Of a stretch of 64,000 bases of DNA, positions 62,289 to 64,000 are shown one piece after another. The notes beneath the pieces are model-generated. The model did not search any database. It was not told where the DNA came from and saw only the letters and a program-made list of their open reading frames with translations. Source of the DNA: Oculina patagonica (lineage: Eukaryota); NCBI RefSeq assembly GCF_052425735.1, contig NC_135770.1, positions 37,696,001 through 37,760,000 of the forward strand, in the 5' to 3' direction. Numbering within the stretch: the first letter of the stretch is position 1; each line of letters starts with the position of its first letter. The translations under genes were made by a program, and so were the position numbers.

Positions 62289-64000
62289 ATGGGGCGCTTT
62301 GCTGGACTGCGGAAAAAAATAACTAAATTCCGATGGTATGGCTATGTATGTTTGAGAAGACATAAACTTTTCGTATTACTGGTGTTGCTTTGGTGCATTT
62401 TCCACTTCGTTATTTTGCATTTCAGTGGAAACCGCCGGGCGAGCGAAACTTTGGACAGCGAAAATCTGCGATTACATCCGTCAAATTTCGTTTTAGTGGA
62501 AAAATATGAAGATACTTTAATCATCCCTATTTCTAAACCGCAACAACCGCTGTCGAGGCATGTTTCATTTGCTTTCACCAACGCGGAAGACCATGAAGAC
62601 ACATCAAGCGCTGCTCCTAGTTCTAAACCGAAACTTGCGCTGACGTGGAAAAATTCATTTGCTTTCATTCATTCCGATGGTAGATACAGCGCAGGAGATG
62701 AAGGTGCTCCATTCTTAGTGATTTTTTCTTTTTCAACCAAACAGAACAACATTTCGCAGGAGTTAGTGGAAAACGATAAGCTCGCTCTCTGGAAGTTGAG
62801 CGAGTTTCTTGGTGCAATGAAAGAATTCGATGGCGCAACTTGTTTGCAGCCTGAAGCCGACTCCACACACAGCAGAGAAAACGATTATGTACCAAAACAT
62901 GAAGAAATCAACAGCACAAGAAATATTCACCTAGATTCATCTTGGTGTCGATTTATTAAAAGGAAATGGAGTGTTCACATCAGAAATAACGGCCGGGTAC
63001 AAAATGTAGTAATACAAGTGAGAAATGAATCTTTACCAATGAACTTGAAGATCTTGTTACAAAGCTGTAATGTAGTACAAGGGCCATTTATAATAAGAAA
63101 AGATGTCTTTGACAGAATAGGGGGGCTACCTGACAGTTTTGGAAAAGTTACCTTGCTAGAGTTTTTCATTCGATCTAAAGGCCAGTTGAAGATGGCAAAG
63201 TTGTCAAACTGCGTGTGGACACCCGCGATAACGCGCGTGGATCGTGGATCCCTCGAAGGTTCACATAACGTTTCTGAATATGGCTCATTTGGCAATAAAC
63301 ACGGGATTCTTCGCATCGTCACGGAAAGTCGAATTGAGTGGACAGCATGCGTTGCAAATTGGAAGCTATGCCCGGAGAAACCGTACGTTAAACCGCAAGA
63401 TCTTCCCAGCATAGCAGCACCAATATGTTGTAGCACCGTTTTAGGTCAAATGCTGGCGAACATTACATGGGCGTTGACTCGTCTTGGTGTGGAATACCGC
63501 ATCATTTATGGCACTTTGTTAGGTGCTGTTAGAAGTCAGGCTATTATACCATGGACGGCTGACGTTGATATCGCATTGACAAAGTCTGCGATTGAAAACG
63601 CTTCGACATTTTATGCTGTTAAAAAACTGCTTGGGAACCAGTATTATGTAGGGAAATCTTACATGGGTGTTCTAAGGGCTCACATCCTTATGGGACCTTA
63701 CATGGAGGTTGACACGGCTCCCTTTTTTGACGGGCCTGATGATTTAGAAGGTAATTTGTTATTTAGTAACGACATCCAGGAAGCAGTGACGGGTATGCTG
63801 CCGGTGTCGGACAATTGGAGAGATCGCTCGTATGTCGATTTCTACTGGTCACCTTCAGCATGGATGAACGGTTCGTCCCTTGTCACAATTAACAATCAGC
63901 AATATGTCACTGTGAAAGAGGTTGAATACGAGTTAACAAACTGGTATGGTGAGAATTATCGGCAACCAATTCTTAAAGGAGAATGGGTGGGTTTCTCGGA
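62289..64000 (+). CDS. Fukutin-related (FKRP/LicD-family) type II membrane phosphotransferase, intronless, 3'-truncated by the window edge
   Basis: Open frame from ATG 62289 to the end (570 codons, no stop); basic N-terminus plus TM (KLFVLLVLLWCIFHFVIL); C-x6-C..PICC zinc site; YGTLLGAVRSQAIIPWTADVDI; YVDF; LTNWYGENY. Confidence 0.85.
   Translation, partial: MGRFAGLRKKITKFRWYGYVCLRRHKLFVLLVLLWCIFHFVILHFSGNRRASETLDSENLRLHPSNFVLVEKYEDTLIIPISKPQQPLSRHVSFAFTNAEDHEDTSSAAPSSKPKLALTWKNSFAFIHSDGRYSAGDEGAPFLVIFSFSTKQNNISQELVENDKLALWKLSEFLGAMKEFDGATCLQPEADSTHSRENDYVPKHEEINSTRNIHLDSSWCRFIKRKWSVHIRNNGRVQNVVIQVRNESLPMNLKILLQSCNVVQGPFIIRKDVFDRIGGLPDSFGKVTLLEFFIRSKGQLKMAKLSNCVWTPAITRVDRGSLEGSHNVSEYGSFGNKHGILRIVTESRIEWTACVANWKLCPEKPYVKPQDLPSIAAPICCSTVLGQMLANITWALTRLGVEYRIIYGTLLGAVRSQAIIPWTADVDIALTKSAIENASTFYAVKKLLGNQYYVGKSYMGVLRAHILMGPYMEVDTAPFFDGPDDLEGNLLFSNDIQEAVTGMLPVSDNWRDRSYVDFYWSPSAWMNGSSLVTINNQQYVTVKEVEYELTNWYGENYRQPILKGEWVGFS

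Noticed and set aside
62342-63436. Minus-strand ORFs (108, 76, 65 and 153 aa)
   Set aside because: Antisense shadows of the long plus-strand FKRP-like frame.

Overview
AT-rich, intron-containing animal DNA. The repeat families look cnidarian, probably a stony coral (inference). Ordinary genes flank the window: the 3' part of a DC-STAMP/DCST-like gene, TSEN34, and an FKRP/LicD-like ORF running off the right edge that the ORF track missed. The core (8-60 kb) is a tandem array of five two-exon minus-strand genes. Each encodes a secreted pre-pro-protein: signal peptide, ~190-aa prodomain, furin-type R-x-K-R site and a 14-15-Cys mature peptide with a secreted-PLA2-like C-x-x-H-D-x-C motif. The spacers are paralogous, so they supply empty sites that delimit several large insertions. 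(1) A 12.2-kb element in which an intron-split, internally deleted tyrosine-recombinase gene lies between two oppositely oriented arrays of a 150-bp satellite (Crypton-like, unusual architecture). (2) A 5.1-kb non-autonomous Helentron-type element. (3) A 7.2-kb DNA transposon with 29-bp TIRs and an apparently intact 9-exon, 996-aa Academ-like DDE transposase fused to RING-H2 and C2H2 fingers. Many MITEs, SINEs and LINE fragments are also present. All gene models and family calls were made by eye; no searches were run.
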